64,000 nt of DNA from Oculina patagonica (taxonomy: Eukaryota), in contig NC_135758.1 of the NCBI RefSeq assembly GCF_052425735.1, forward strand, positions 39,866,001-39,930,000. Reading direction: 5' to 3'. Made by a program: the position numbers and the translations under genes. The notes below the pieces were generated by a model, which ran no database searches, was not told the origin of the DNA, and was given only the letters and a program-made list of their open reading frames with translations. Numbering within the stretch: position 1 is the first letter of the stretch; every line of letters begins with the position of its first letter. This document shows, piece by piece, positions 22,503 through 35,700 of this stretch.

Positions 22503-25500
22503 ATGGATGAGTTGATTTCGAAGTACCTTTGTAAACAAGAAGACGGTGAGATTCCGATAGCCACGCTCCGTAAAGACACGTGCATCGAAGCTGTTATAGC
22601 TAAGACACATTCTTCACGGGACCAAGCTTCAAAGCGGAACCCAGATGCGCAAGATCAGACTGCCAAAACGAAAAGACCTCGCGACGCAGCCATGGAGGGC
22701 GAAGGCAGGACCATTTCAGCGCGACTCCGAAATCAGGAACTTTGGGAGATGTTTCACGGCGAGGAAACCGAAATGATTATCACCAAAGCTGGAAGGTCAG
22801 TGCTGCCCTTTACATTTTAGTTTTAAGGGTAGAAATTACATGGGTGTATATAAACATACAAATGGCATTCGTTGTTTGCTAGTTACATGACCGACTTGGG
22901 CGGGAAAAGTTTCGTTTCCGCGAGGCAACCGATTTTTGCAGTTTTTAAAATCATTATTTGGGGCATTGCAAATTCTGTATTCGTCTTGGAAAGGATAAAA
23001 AATTGGACGCTAAAATCAATTTTGACATGACCTGAATTGCTCATAACTTCAATTATTTGCATACGAGGCTGAACAAAATAATTTTTCGTTGTTTTTCAAT
23101 TACCGTGTCGAAACTAGAGCCACGCACTCCCCGCAACATTACTCTGAACTTTTGAAAGGAAGCTAATCACAGATTATGAATTTTCTAAAAAGCTTAGGCA
23201 AGAAGGAAATTCAAAGCCAATTCATGATTTTTTTAATTCGCCGCAGATTTATGCAAACTTTTCTGCTTACTTAAAAAGTCTCTTTATAATATGGTCGTGC
23301 TCTTTTGGACTCAACCATCCCCGGGGAATCGCTGTGCACTTGTAATTGGTAGAAAAACAATTTCCAAAAAGCATGACCTGCATATGAAATCTGCGTAAAC
23401 AAAACTTTTTGGAAAAGTGTTTCGTTGTTTTGTTTGGCGGAACTAATTTTAAACAAGAACACATGCAAATACTGGTTAATTCAACTGTGCGCCTTGATTT
23501 GAAATTGAAATCGTTGTTAAGACCCTTTTGAAAGCGTTTTAGGAAGTTGTTTTCGCAATCACTTAATTTAACTCCCGGAAGCATAGGAAGAGTGGCAGTG
23601 GTTTTAGTGTGTGCTGAGTGAAGTTCAGTGAAATTTGCGCGGGAGATATCAAACTTTTTGATTTTCCGTTAAATTGTTACCGTCAAAATGTGTTTTGTAT
23701 GTTGTTGTGAGAAGTTGAAGGCCTAGTGTTTTGGACGTCGAATTGTTGTTCTCCGGATATAATTAGAAGATGTTAAGGTTTTAAAGACTCTACAATCAAA
23801 TGTCAGTCATCCGATTTGGCCGTGGCCGGTTTACAAGTTACGATTTCTCGAGCCGATTTAGCACAGATTTGATAAAAAAAATGGGTGCGCATTTTAAAAT
23901 CGACCCGGTTTCTTAAAAATCTGTTGTAGTGACACAGATTTCAGAAATCGGGCCGATTTTTATCCTTTCAATTTGAATAGACAAAGAAAAGCCGGCCGAC
24001 GGAACGCAGCGTGTAACTTTGCTTGGAAAAAATCAGGCCGACAAATCGTAACGTGTAAACCGGCCTTTATAGCCTTCTTGTGCGGGGGCAAACAAATCCG
24101 AGGGTAAACAAAAAGTGATGTATGTATGTATGTATGGGCATCAGCCAGTCTTAATTTTCCCCCGCCTTTTTCATCTGTTGCGTGCCTTTATGCATGGACA
24201 GGGCAAACGATTGTGAAAAATGGGTCTTCTCTGTAATGTTTATTTTCTTCACCCATTGCTTTTTCATTCTTCTCAACGCCTTTCTGCTTTACGTTTTCAG
24301 GCGCATGTTTCCCGTCCCAGACTTCTGCCTGGCCGGACTCGAGCCTGACCAGTATTATGGCTGCTCAGTAGAAGTCATTGCTGTCGACCCTAACCGCTAT
24401 CGATACAAGATGGACCAAGGGTGGGTCCCCGCGGGAAAAGGAATTCAGCTAGACGAAGCGCACTGCAAATATCTTCATCCTAACTCGGCCAGCTTGGGAC
24501 AGTACTGGATGGTGCAAGGAGCCACGTTTGACAAGCTGAAACTGTCCAATCACATTCTTCCAAGCAGCGAGAACGTAAGTGATTTGCGCTTTATAAACAG
24601 TATTTAGTTTAATGAACAAGTTACGAATTGATTGACTTTTTTTGGACAGAAACTACCGGTAGTTCTAAAGTATTCACACGAAAGTTTTGCCTACGAAAAA
24701 GGGTCGGCGATTGCGCAGAAAGAATGTATCTTAAAGTGAACTACACTGAAGAATTACTTTTAGCTGAGGAGTGTTTTTCCCAAGTGCATTCTCGACTTCA
24801 GCGTACAACTCACTAGCAGCGCAGGCTAAGATTCTCAACTGCCTTAGTAGAAAAAATTGCCAAAGCTTTGAACGCGGATTTTGAATTTTTTTTGAGGCCG
24901 TATGTACTGTTACACGTTATTCTGCAAGCAGCTCCTATTTTGTCTCGTGTTTCGTCGCGAGAGAAACAAAAAGTTCTGTTGCGCGTGCGGAACAAATTTC
25001 CGCGTGTTTATCGAGCAGCTTCTATTTTGCATCGTGTTTCGTCGCGCGAAAAGCAAAACGTTTTCTCGCGCGAGCGGAACAAATTCCCGCGTGTTTACTC
25101 GAAGTTGTCCACGCGAGCATTTGTACCAAGCACTCTTGTTGCTTCTATCGCCACAAATCGCGAGAGAACACTCAAGCAGGCAATGTATCCTGCCAAAACT
25201 TGATCTTGTTTCATATTATATTGCAGGTGGTCGTCAACTCTATGCAGAGGTACAGACTGAGACTGGTTGTGACTAAACTGGGCATGCGCCATTGTGATCG
25301 ATGGGTGTTCAACTTTCCTGAGACCCAGTTCACCACGGTCACTAGTTACCAGAACCCGCGCATGACTCAGCTTAAGATTGACAACAATCCGTTCGCCAAG
25401 GCGTTTAGAGAGGGAAAGAGGTATGTTTCTCAATATTGAGCTTAAAGCCAAGTAAAAGAAAAACATGTTTCTCGTCCGGATTTCTATTAAAAAGAGCAGC

Positions 25501-26980
25501 CGGGCGCTTTTTTGTTATTTGTTATTTTCTTCATCGTCAAATTCTCCAGAAGCGAACTTGTAAAATAAATCCTGACCTCTCCAGTACGAACCTAGGGGGC
25601 CGAGGCTTTAAAATTTTAGCCTGATTTCGTATTAAAATGCAGACAAAAGCCATGTTTTACAAAATTCTTAATTGAGGAGTAACGCCTGTTGGTTTTTGTT
25701 GGTTCCAACTTTCCCACTAACAAATATTAAAAAAGAGAATTAAGCGCCCCCCCCCCCCCCCAAAAAAAAAAAAAGAAAGAAAAAAAAAAAATGAAGCGGG
25801 AGAGAAACATTTTTTTTACTTGGCCTAATAAGTAAACTTAACGTACTGCGGCATGATTTTACTTGTTACTAAGACTTCCTGGACCGAGTTGTGATAAAAA
25901 ATCATAGCAAATACAAGATCGATGTTTGAATGATGTACCAAAAAATCTCCAGACTAGTTTTGAAATCTGTGATGAGGAATTCTTTACATTTCAATTTTTT
26001 GAATGAAAAAGTTTAACAACTTAGAAGAAAAATCAGCGTAGTTTGATGTTTCGCAATCATCAATCGAAATTTAGAAAACATGTACTCTTTAGAAAGGGAA
26101 GGAGTAAAGTGTGTCCCTGTCTTATGAACTAGAAGAGCCGTAGATGTTTTGATTACCTTGAAACGTCAAATTATTAGCGTAAACACCAGGCATGACCAGG
26201 CGTAGCTATCAAGCTTAAGGGAATTGAGGAATGCGCAGGCTTATAGAAAGCACGGCTGAGCTTCAAAAAGAACTAGGGGGACATAAAGGTTGACATTCTC
26301 TACATGCAATTAAGCATTGTTTTGCGGTCTTAATCAGGAGTTGATGGGCTCCTGTCTTAATAAAATGAGCACATTTTTTTAGCCGAGTAAGTTCGGTACC
26401 TTATTTCTCTTCGACCATATCCCAGTTTTACACTTTTTTGTTCGCAGCCAACTCAAGTTAATTGATATAATTTCCTTTTGTCAGGTCGAACAGACGAGAC
26501 AGAGCAGAATCAAAATCCAAGAAGAGACGCACGCGCTATCCATCTCCACCGCCCATCATTCGTTACCAGACCCCCTTCATGAACTTCCTAAGCAGCCAAG
26601 ACCAGCCGCCAACGGACTCAGCCTCGCTGCCTCCTCCTCCACCACCACCCTTGTCACATGACTGGCCCGAGGAGCCTTGCACAACAAGAACCATTCCTGT
26701 CCAGAACGACGTTCCGTTTCCTTGGGAACGCAACGATTGGATCTCGACCCAGGTCCCTTCATTTCAATCCGCCAGCTCAAGTTTCAAACTGGAGCTCAAC
26801 AGAACCTTCCATTGGCGCGAAAGCTACTCCTTCCCGCCCTTGGAGATGCCGGTGGAAGAGCTGCAGCAGCCGCAGTTTCCCGCGCAATGTTGGTCAGCGC
26901 CGCCACCCGGATTTAGCTTGTTTGACGATATGCAGATGCAGCAGTACACCTCACGTGACCAGTTTTGGAGGGAAAGCTAG
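22503..26980 (+). CDS. Divergent T-box transcription factor, 4 exons, ~418 aa
   Basis: Exons 22503-22795, 24301-24574, 25227-25420, 26485-26980 (1257 nt). [73 protein letters not shown]. Pro-rich C-terminus. Subfamily not assignable by eye. Confidence 0.9.
23824..24065. mobile_element. Harbinger-like MITE in T-box intron 1
   Basis: TIR GGCCGGTTTACA.GTTACGATT / AATCGTAACGTGTAAACCGGCC. Confidence 0.75.
24928..25101. repeat. Tandem duplication, 2 x 87 bp, CpG-rich, in T-box intron 2
   Basis: Units begin GCAGCTCCTATTTTG (24928) and GCAGCTTCTATTTTG (25015). Confidence 0.85.
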
Positions 26981-29788
26981 AAACACAGCTGGAAACATAA
27001 CTTCTACAGTTGAACTCAAAGTAAACGTACACTTTTGAACATTTGCCAATGTCCGGTGAAACCTAATCAGTTAATAAGAGTTGTATAATATCGTTTCTCG
27101 TGAATCGTGCCTTATGCAAACAAGCCTTAGTCTTGCATATGCGACAATGAACATTGAACATTTAGAATAAAATAATTTCTGTTCGAAATGAATACACAAG
27201 TCAAACGTATATTACTTATATTAAGTCGAACTTTTGGTTAACTTATGACTTATATAGCTTTTATGGAACGCAATGTCATCAGCAAATATTATTTTTGTTT
27301 TCATAAAAATCAATACAATAAGCAATTATCAGTGTTATTATAAAGCGTAGAAGTACATGACCATAAACACGTCTAGACAAGTCTTATTCACATATCAAGG
27401 GTCAGTTCCGCAGGAATTCCTGAAATGTCTGCGGTATCCAATCATTTCTTTAAAGATATACTGTTCATAAATATTCTTAATCGGTTATTTGATAATGTAT
27501 TGTTCTAAGTACGTGTTAGCGTTCTAGTTACACGGTCTCATGAAAATACGCATGCAGTCCGTAAATAGTATAATCAGGTATTAAAACTATTTTGTAAATC
27601 AAGCAGAAAAAGATCTCGACCAATATCCGAACTTCAGGACCGAACAAATTTGGCTAATACTTACATTTATGTTGAATTTTAGCGTTGGGAACGAAGGCAA
27701 TACATTCCCTTATCTCTCTTTTTCATCCCATTAGTAACATAAAAAAGCCAGGGTCACTCAGCAGGTAACATGTGCAGATTGTGGCGAGGGAAGCCGGAAT
27801 AAAATGAGATCAAATAAAGACAAGGAAAGACCATTCAGTCCTCTCTCCTTTTTTTCTTTTTTCGCGTTTAACCATTCAGACAGCCCACAGAATGAACTTG
27901 AACGAAAAAATATAAAATTAAAACTATAGAAAAATGAGCAGTATAAGGGTCAAATTGAGAAGCCCCTGGGTTTGGAACGCGAACAGTTATTCTGAGACAT
28001 ATGGTACTAAATTTAACCGAGTACACCAAAAGTGTTTCCCGTTAAAATTGAAATGACCGTGCATCAAGTCCGTTAACAGCTGCATCAGTGTTAAAAATTA
28101 TTTGTAGATATCTAACGGTCCTAAGTGAGGTGTCTAACGGGTGTTGGCCATGCTTACCTATGCTTAGCCTTTTTTTCCGATTTCCTTTTTTCCCGATTGA
28201 ATTATGAAAGTCACTTAGTGTTTGGTTTTCTGAAAAGCCTTTACTTCAATCTGCTGGTATCAGCAAAACAAATGACACAATCTAACGGCTTAGAAAGCTT
28301 TTATCAGTACGTGGGCCGAATAACCATAAATAAAAGATAAGAGGCCTCTCCCTTTAGGCTAAATTTAAATGGAAAGAATATTATTCTTTACTAATGATAG
28401 CGTATTTTTAATTTTTCACTGTAAAGCGAGCAGTGTTTATAATTGTAGTAATGCATGGAAAACCTTTTTCAGGAATCGTTAGAAATAAACAGAATAAATG
28501 TATTTCACCCGGGGTCTCTCGAAATGTTTACTTACCGGTACTGCGGGAGACCCGAATTAACTCACTAATGCAAAAATCAAACACTCTTTTCATACTCAAT
28601 TGAAGATTTTGTCTCGATACGAGGGTAACATCGTCCATAAATGCAAAATATTGATGATGATTTTTTAAAGAACGATGACATATATTGTTCTGCTCCAAAA
28701 AGCCGATCTTTCCAGATTTTATTTCCTTGTACCATTTTAAAAACTATTCATCAGTCAGATCAGCTGAATTGTTTTTCTCCCTGCTTTCAGAACAGGTGTT
28801 GCATGGTTTAAGTGCAGTTTTTATTCGTGGAATATAAAAGTGTATAAGATCGATTTTGTGGAGCTAGTCAAATCTTTGAATAAAAACACTTCGCAGAATT
28901 AATGAGTGTAAATGTATTTAAAAACATTTTACAAATTTATAGTGAACTTGATATGGGTCGGTTACACCATTAAACAGTTACCACTAATGCCCGTCAAGAA
29001 AATTTTTTATTAATAGCATGAAACAAACAGTGGTAATAAATGGTCATACTTTTGAATTTGTATGTTGCTTAGAATACGAAACGTCAAGTTAGTGAAATGA
29101 GATTTTTTCCTATTAAACGTTTATTACCGCTGTTTGTTTCATATTTTTAACAAGTTACGATGGCCTAAACCAAGAGTTTATTAATAGCAGATTTTTTTAT
29201 TCGCCTAAAACATAACAGAACTTTAATCAAGGATGACCCAGTAGTCCCATGCTTCAAAATTTCCAACGAAAAGCAGCCTTAGGTCGCGTTAGTCAGGAAA
29301 ATTTGCACGAAGATATAGAACATTTATCTTGAAGAAAATAAAAGTAAGATGCTCTTTTTATGACGTCAGCGGTAGCTCACGCAGCATGTAAAAAGTATAA
29401 ATTTGGAATGCACCTGTCCCAGTTTTAGAGTGTAATTCTTTCAATGCTAAAAACGCCACTTTAAATAAGTAGTTCTTTTATTCTTTGGATAAAATGGATC
29501 GGGAAATGTACTTTGAAAGTTTGAACCATTTCCGCCGTGGTATCGATCAGTGGTCACGCTACTACATTCCAACTTCCGGTAAGTTTTGGATAACATTCAT
29601 ATCACGTGGGCGGTCGTTTAGAAGTGTTGTCAATATGCAGACGAACAACGAAAGCTCACGCAGACATTCACCGAGTATTTGATCTCCGCAAGCTGCGATT
29701 TTATTTGAAATTTCTACAATGAGAAACTTGGATTTTATGCCGTTTGAAAGTTAGCAGGACGCGTTTTTCGGGCGTCTGAAGTTCGGAC

Positions 29789-32700
29789 ATGATGCCCGCT
29801 CAAGATTTACCGCGTTCACAGACTCCAAATCAGGTCAGTTCAAACTTGAACACAAGCTAACGCTTTCACGCGTTGTGGCAAAATATTGGTTTATCTTTTT
29901 GTACACACCTTCTTAAGTATTCCCACAGGTTGAAATGTTAAAGAAGCGAAGATTAAAATTATTCTACGGTGAATTCTCATGCTCTCAGGCATTGTTTAGC
30001 CCGAGTTTTTATCACTTAGCTAGCGGTGACAAGCACAAAGAGAGCCATAAAATTTATCCCGCAATTATTTGGTGTATAAGCTCTAACATATTTTATCTGC
30101 CTTGATTAGAACTGATAGTGACTTATATGTCTTAAAAGCGACAATATAATTCTCAAAATGGTTTCCATGGCTCAGAAGAAGAGTAACTAAAAATTCATAA
30201 GAAATTTCCTGCCGGAAATTCGTCGAAAATATTTTTTTGGATGGCCCTTTGATGTTTGACTTCTGTATAAAATTTCAAACATCTTGCAGGCTGCTTTGTG
30301 AAATTTCGCAATAAGATTATAGCGGTGAATGTTATATTTCGATTAATACTAAGCTTTTAATACTTTGATTGTGTTTAGAAAGTCTTCTGGAAGGAAGAGC
30401 GCGAAGATGAAGCCATTTATTCGGTATCGTTGAAGAAAGTTCGATATCGCTCAAGCGACAAACTGCCACCTTCGGCCGACGAAGACATCTCTTACCTTCT
30501 TTGGGAGACTATGCGTGTAAGGACAATTAAAGCCGGCTCATTAGCGAAACTTGTGGAACATCTTGCTCCTTCTACGGCTCCTTTGGAAGAGATTGATCCT
30601 GGCTATCTCATAGCTTTCTTGAATACGTATAGAACGTTTGCCAATGCGCCGCAAATTGCAGAACTGTTATTTGAGCGGTGAGTATTATATAAAGTTGAAG
30701 TTATAATTTCTTTACCAATTTGTTGTTGTTTGATTATTTTCCAACCTGTCTAGACAACATCCTGCTTTTTATCAGGTACTCCTAGATCCTCGAAATGTTT
30801 TTGTTCGGGGTTTTCCTTTTGGTTTCTAAATACGTGATAATTTCGGTTTAAGAACTTATTCGCGCATGAAAAAATGATTTCTCAAGGGGGTTTATTTTAC
30901 CATGCTTCGTTGATTTTCACGACAACAAGATGATCCATCATGGATTCGTCTTTTTGTAAAGAACTAGTTACAAACTCTTAAGCAGCATCAACACTCTGAA
31001 GTACTTAAAAAATGTTTTCTTTTATTTTGGATGCACTATTGACATAATTTTCTACATCATTTATACAAGAATAGAGAAATCAATCATCTTTGAATTTTTA
31101 GTGCCCATTGTCCAGACCAGCATATTTCTCTATTTGTCTTGGCATTATGACGTAAGCTAGTTAATTGCACAGGAAGATCAGAGATGCAATGTGTCAGCAC
31201 AACAGTCCTTTATAACAAGTTCCTAAGATATCGAAGCATCTAGATAAAAACAAAAAAAGTTGCTTACGGAGTTGGCTCGTATGCAAATAATCATATGCAA
31301 TTGACAATTAAAAGTCGATGTCATGCATCAGGGCTTGCTGTGACCCCAGTTTGTATATGGACTAATTTAGGTATCGTCATTGTAAAAATCTTATTTTCGC
31401 CTCCCTCTCCCCAAAATAGCCCTCCAGAACTTCCTGTTTTACCAATGCTTCCCCTGCCTCCCCCCTCCCCCCTGCAGCCCCCTGGAAGCCCACAGTTTTC
31501 TGATATATTACTTTTTCTGACAATGAAGGCACTAAGGGCCTGTTTACATGGAGGGAGGGTGCCCCGGCTAACCGAGTTACCCGGCTAGAAGGGATAAAAC
31601 CTAGCCCGCCTTTACATGTAGAATTCACAACCCTTCTACCCGAGATGAGACAGCGTCATTGAAGCGTGTCACGGCATGGGAAAACAATGTAGCTCCAAAT
31701 GATTGAAGAAAAATATGACTTTTTACTAAATAATCAAGGCTTTTCGTCTTCAAACCTATTTTAATTTGATGTGCAAGTTCTCAGAAATTTACTGCGTTCA
31801 TTTTTGGCGAAATTCAATCGAAATTCAACAGTATTTGGCCGCCAAATTGAAATTAAATTTGTTGTGTCGTGAATTAGGATAATCATTCCCACGAAAATTT
31901 CGAATTTGCTCAAAGAAATGTTTCCAGCCGACCGATAAAACTAATTTTGGTCAAATAGCACTGTTTGGGTCCAGAATTTATACATTTTATGCCATTAACT
32001 TCAAATTTAGTTTAAAACACGCGCGAAAACTTATCCCGGCAAGCCGGGATAGCTCGGCCATAACCGTTTACATGGCAAAAAGCTATCCCGCCTAGAAGGG
32101 TTCCCCGGGCAAGTAGACCGAGTGCCCCGGCAAGGCGGGTTACCCTTCTAGCATGTAAAGGCTTCAATACGTTTTCTTAAGAAACGTATGAAAAGTTGGC
32201 TCGCCCAGGGTAGCTCGGTTAGCTGGGGCACCCGCCTTCCATGTGAACAGGCCCTAAATGTTAAGATGGCAAGGGAAATGTATTTGACTAAGAAGGCTCC
32301 CAATGAGACTATGAGATGTAAAAAATTATGTCAAAACAGAGGAAGAGTGTGTTATCACTATTTATTATAAAATCTGCAGTTGTTTATTGAGATTTTCACC
32401 CCCCAAGAAAAAAGCATCTCAATTTGTGTAAAATTTTGATAATGTTATTTGTGTGCTTGATATCTCCAATCACATGCTGACAAATTTGCCTTGTTCCCAG
32501 GGGGGGTACTTGGGATTTTAAGTGACAGGGATGATCGAATGGGGGCAAAAATCAAGACCCAAAAAAATCCCTTGGGCTTTAAACAAAACTCAAAAAAATC
32601 CCTGGACCAAAAATCAACCCCCAAAAAATCCCATGCCAAATTTCTGACCCATTAAATTTTTCAGAAAGGGGAAGTGATATAAAGATATAACACAAAGGAA

Positions 32701-35700
32701 AACATTAGAAACATGTTCAGTGTTTGTACTTTATTCACAGAACATTGGGTAAAGGCACTACCATGAATCTTAAGATTGTTTTTAATACCAAAAAAATCCT
32801 TACTTAAATCAAGCCACGCAAAAAAATACTTGCCAAATTTTCCTACCCAAAAAAATCCCGGAATCGAAAATTTCAAACCCAAAAAAATCCTTCGATCATC
32901 CCTGTCACTTGAAATCCCGAGTACCCCCCTGGGGCCTTGTTTCAATTGTGATTGAGCCAGAGTTTATCAATATCAAGACAGAACATCTTTGGATCTTCCA
33001 CGGCAATCTCGGCAATTTTCGGAAAGGTTTGGAAAATGTTCGGAAACATTGTCAACATTCGTATGACCTTCGGACAAAATTTTGATAATCTTCGGAAATG
33101 TTTGGAAAATGGTCGGAAATCTTCGGCAAATCATCAAAAACCTCGTAATAGTAGGTTTATAAAATAAACAAAATAATACATGGTTGCTTGGAGATATGAA
33201 ATTTATCTTTGAGTGTTCAAATCGATATCTCACTCGTTTGCTACCCTCACTCGTGAGATATTGAGTTAAACACTGGAAGATAAATTTCATATCTCCGCTC
33301 AACCATGTATTATCCTCTTTATCTTTAGAAAAGAAGTGTAAACTCAAGTTCCTTGGTTGAATAATAGATCCGTTTTCACTTGTGTATTGAAAGTAATCAT
33401 GTCGCTATTTATCCAATCAGAAGCAAAATACAGTCGAACCCCTATTAAGCGGCCACCCATTAAGCGGCCACCCCCTATTAAGCGGCCAGTTACTAAAGTC
33501 CCGAAAATATTGTCAGTATAATACTGTAAATAAAACCCCTTTTAAGCGGCCACCTCTATTAAGCGGCCACGGCCACCTTTCTTCCGTCCCGATGAGCGTT
33601 CTTCTATTGTTTTTACCTCTATTTAGCGGCCAATAAGAATGTAATATACGATATTTAAATAAATTTCCAACAAGCTCAGATCGTGACGGCCGATAAAATC
33701 ATTCAAACACAGGTTTATTGTCGTCTTCATGTGATTTCGTTATTCCTTTTCACCTTATTTTGTATTGAAATAATGTAACCTTCTTAAAAGACCTTATGCT
33801 AATTTCTGACAAACCCCTATTAAGCGGCCAACCTTTATTAAGCGGCCAGTTGCCATTTCCCCGAGTGTGGCCGCTTAATAGGGGTTCTACTGTAAAAACC
33901 AAACGTGTGTTGTTTTTGCCAGTTTACCTGAGTTTCGTGTCTGCTACTGCCTACATGTATTAGCTTTGAGCTTTAGTTGGTTGGTTCAATGGATTGACTG
34001 CATCTTTTGTGATTGGTTAGCATGATTATTTTGGTTTTGGTTTCATGACTCAGTCAAATATGTTTCAAATCTTAAAATTTTTTGCTCTTTGTTAACCCCA
34101 AAATATAATGTAGTTTGATATGCCATTGTCTTGTACATAAGCTATTTGTCTCTGCCTAAAGTATCATTTGACAATTATTACTAGTTGTTTACAAATATGC
34201 CATTTACAAATTGTTATGTTTTGTTAACCTTGTGTTTTTTGGATATTTTAGGTACTGGCAATTCCTGCGAAATGATGCTCAAGAAAAAGAGGAGGTTGTT
34301 GACAGGGTACTCAGGTAAATATAACTGGTTACTAGAAAAAACTGGACTGGTACATATTGTGTTGTTCTAGAAAATATCCATACCTCCCTCATGGGAGGTT
34401 TTTCAGTTTGAACTCCCCCACCCCTCTGGAAATTCCAGTTTAGCTTTATACTCTCCTTAAAAAATTTTGTCCTTTGTGACCCCCCCCCCCCCCCTCAGAA
34501 TTCTCATTGACCTTCTGTAGGATAGGAATGGATACTTAGTTTCCGAAACCACACATTCATGCCTAGGATGTGGGAGGTAAAGTCTACGCCAAGCCAAGTA
34601 GCCCGTACAGCTGGTGTTTATCCTGGTTTTCGTAGCATAAAGCGACTAGGAATATTTCTACTCCCCCCTGGATGGGTTGCTAGTCCATCACAGGGTTACC
34701 CCCAACATTAAATTCGCCGGTACCCATTTATACACCTGGCATGGATGGATGGAGGCACTATAAGAGTAAAGTGTCTTGCCCAGGAACCCAATGCAGTGCC
34801 CCAGCCAGGGCTTGAACCTAGACCGCTTGATCCAGAGTCCAGCACACTAACCATTTGGCTGCTGCATCTTCAACAAGTGTGTGGGAGGTGCACTGGCTAA
34901 ATGGCTATAATGCTGGACTCTGGTTTATGCAGTCCAGTTCCAGCCCTGGCTGGGTTCATTGTGTTGTGTTCTTGGGCAAGACACTTTTATGTGCCTCTAC
35001 TCAACCATGGGAGTAAAAGGGTACCGGTAATTAAAACTAATTGCTGGAGGTATGCTGCAACGCTTTGCTTGGCTAGCCCTTGATGGGACTCAAGGCTTCA
35101 CATGCTGGCAGCAATGGGCCATATTCAGCAATGCGTCTTAGTGCCTTCAATCCTTATGATTTGAACAGACTTTGTCCAATTACTAATGTGTGTTGTCTTT
35201 TCATTATATTGATTTTTTGTAGGGGTGTTGCCTCAGTGTTTAACGTATGGCTGGAGAATTTTTCATTTGATTTTGACGATTCTCCCAACTACACAACCCT
35301 AAACAGAATACTCAGTTTTGTAACATCAGAAATGAGAGTCGGCCATGGAGAGGACCTGGCTAAGAAGATAAAACTTCGACTGGATAAGTTTCAGATTACT
35401 CCTTACGAAGATGAGGGTGAGATACTGAAATTTTATTGCTAAAAACTAAATTAATCACTACAAACCTCCAATAAAAGTTATAGCAGTTGTGAGTTCTTTT
35501 CCTTAATGCTCTATACCTCACTGAAGTTCTAGGAAAATTGATTGTGAATTTTTTCCATGTGAGAAACAATAATTTTTAGAGACGTGGATCTCTGTAGATC
35601 AGAACTACAGTACTTCATCAATACAGGGGGGGGGGGGGGGAGGGGTAATTTAAACTTCAAACTTTTAGGTGAATTTCTACAGCTTTGAGAGCAAATGTAT

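Noticed and set aside
23055-23470. Two octamer (ATGCAAAT) motifs in T-box intron 1
   Set aside because: A few such 8-mers are expected by chance in AT-rich DNA, and others occur elsewhere in the window.
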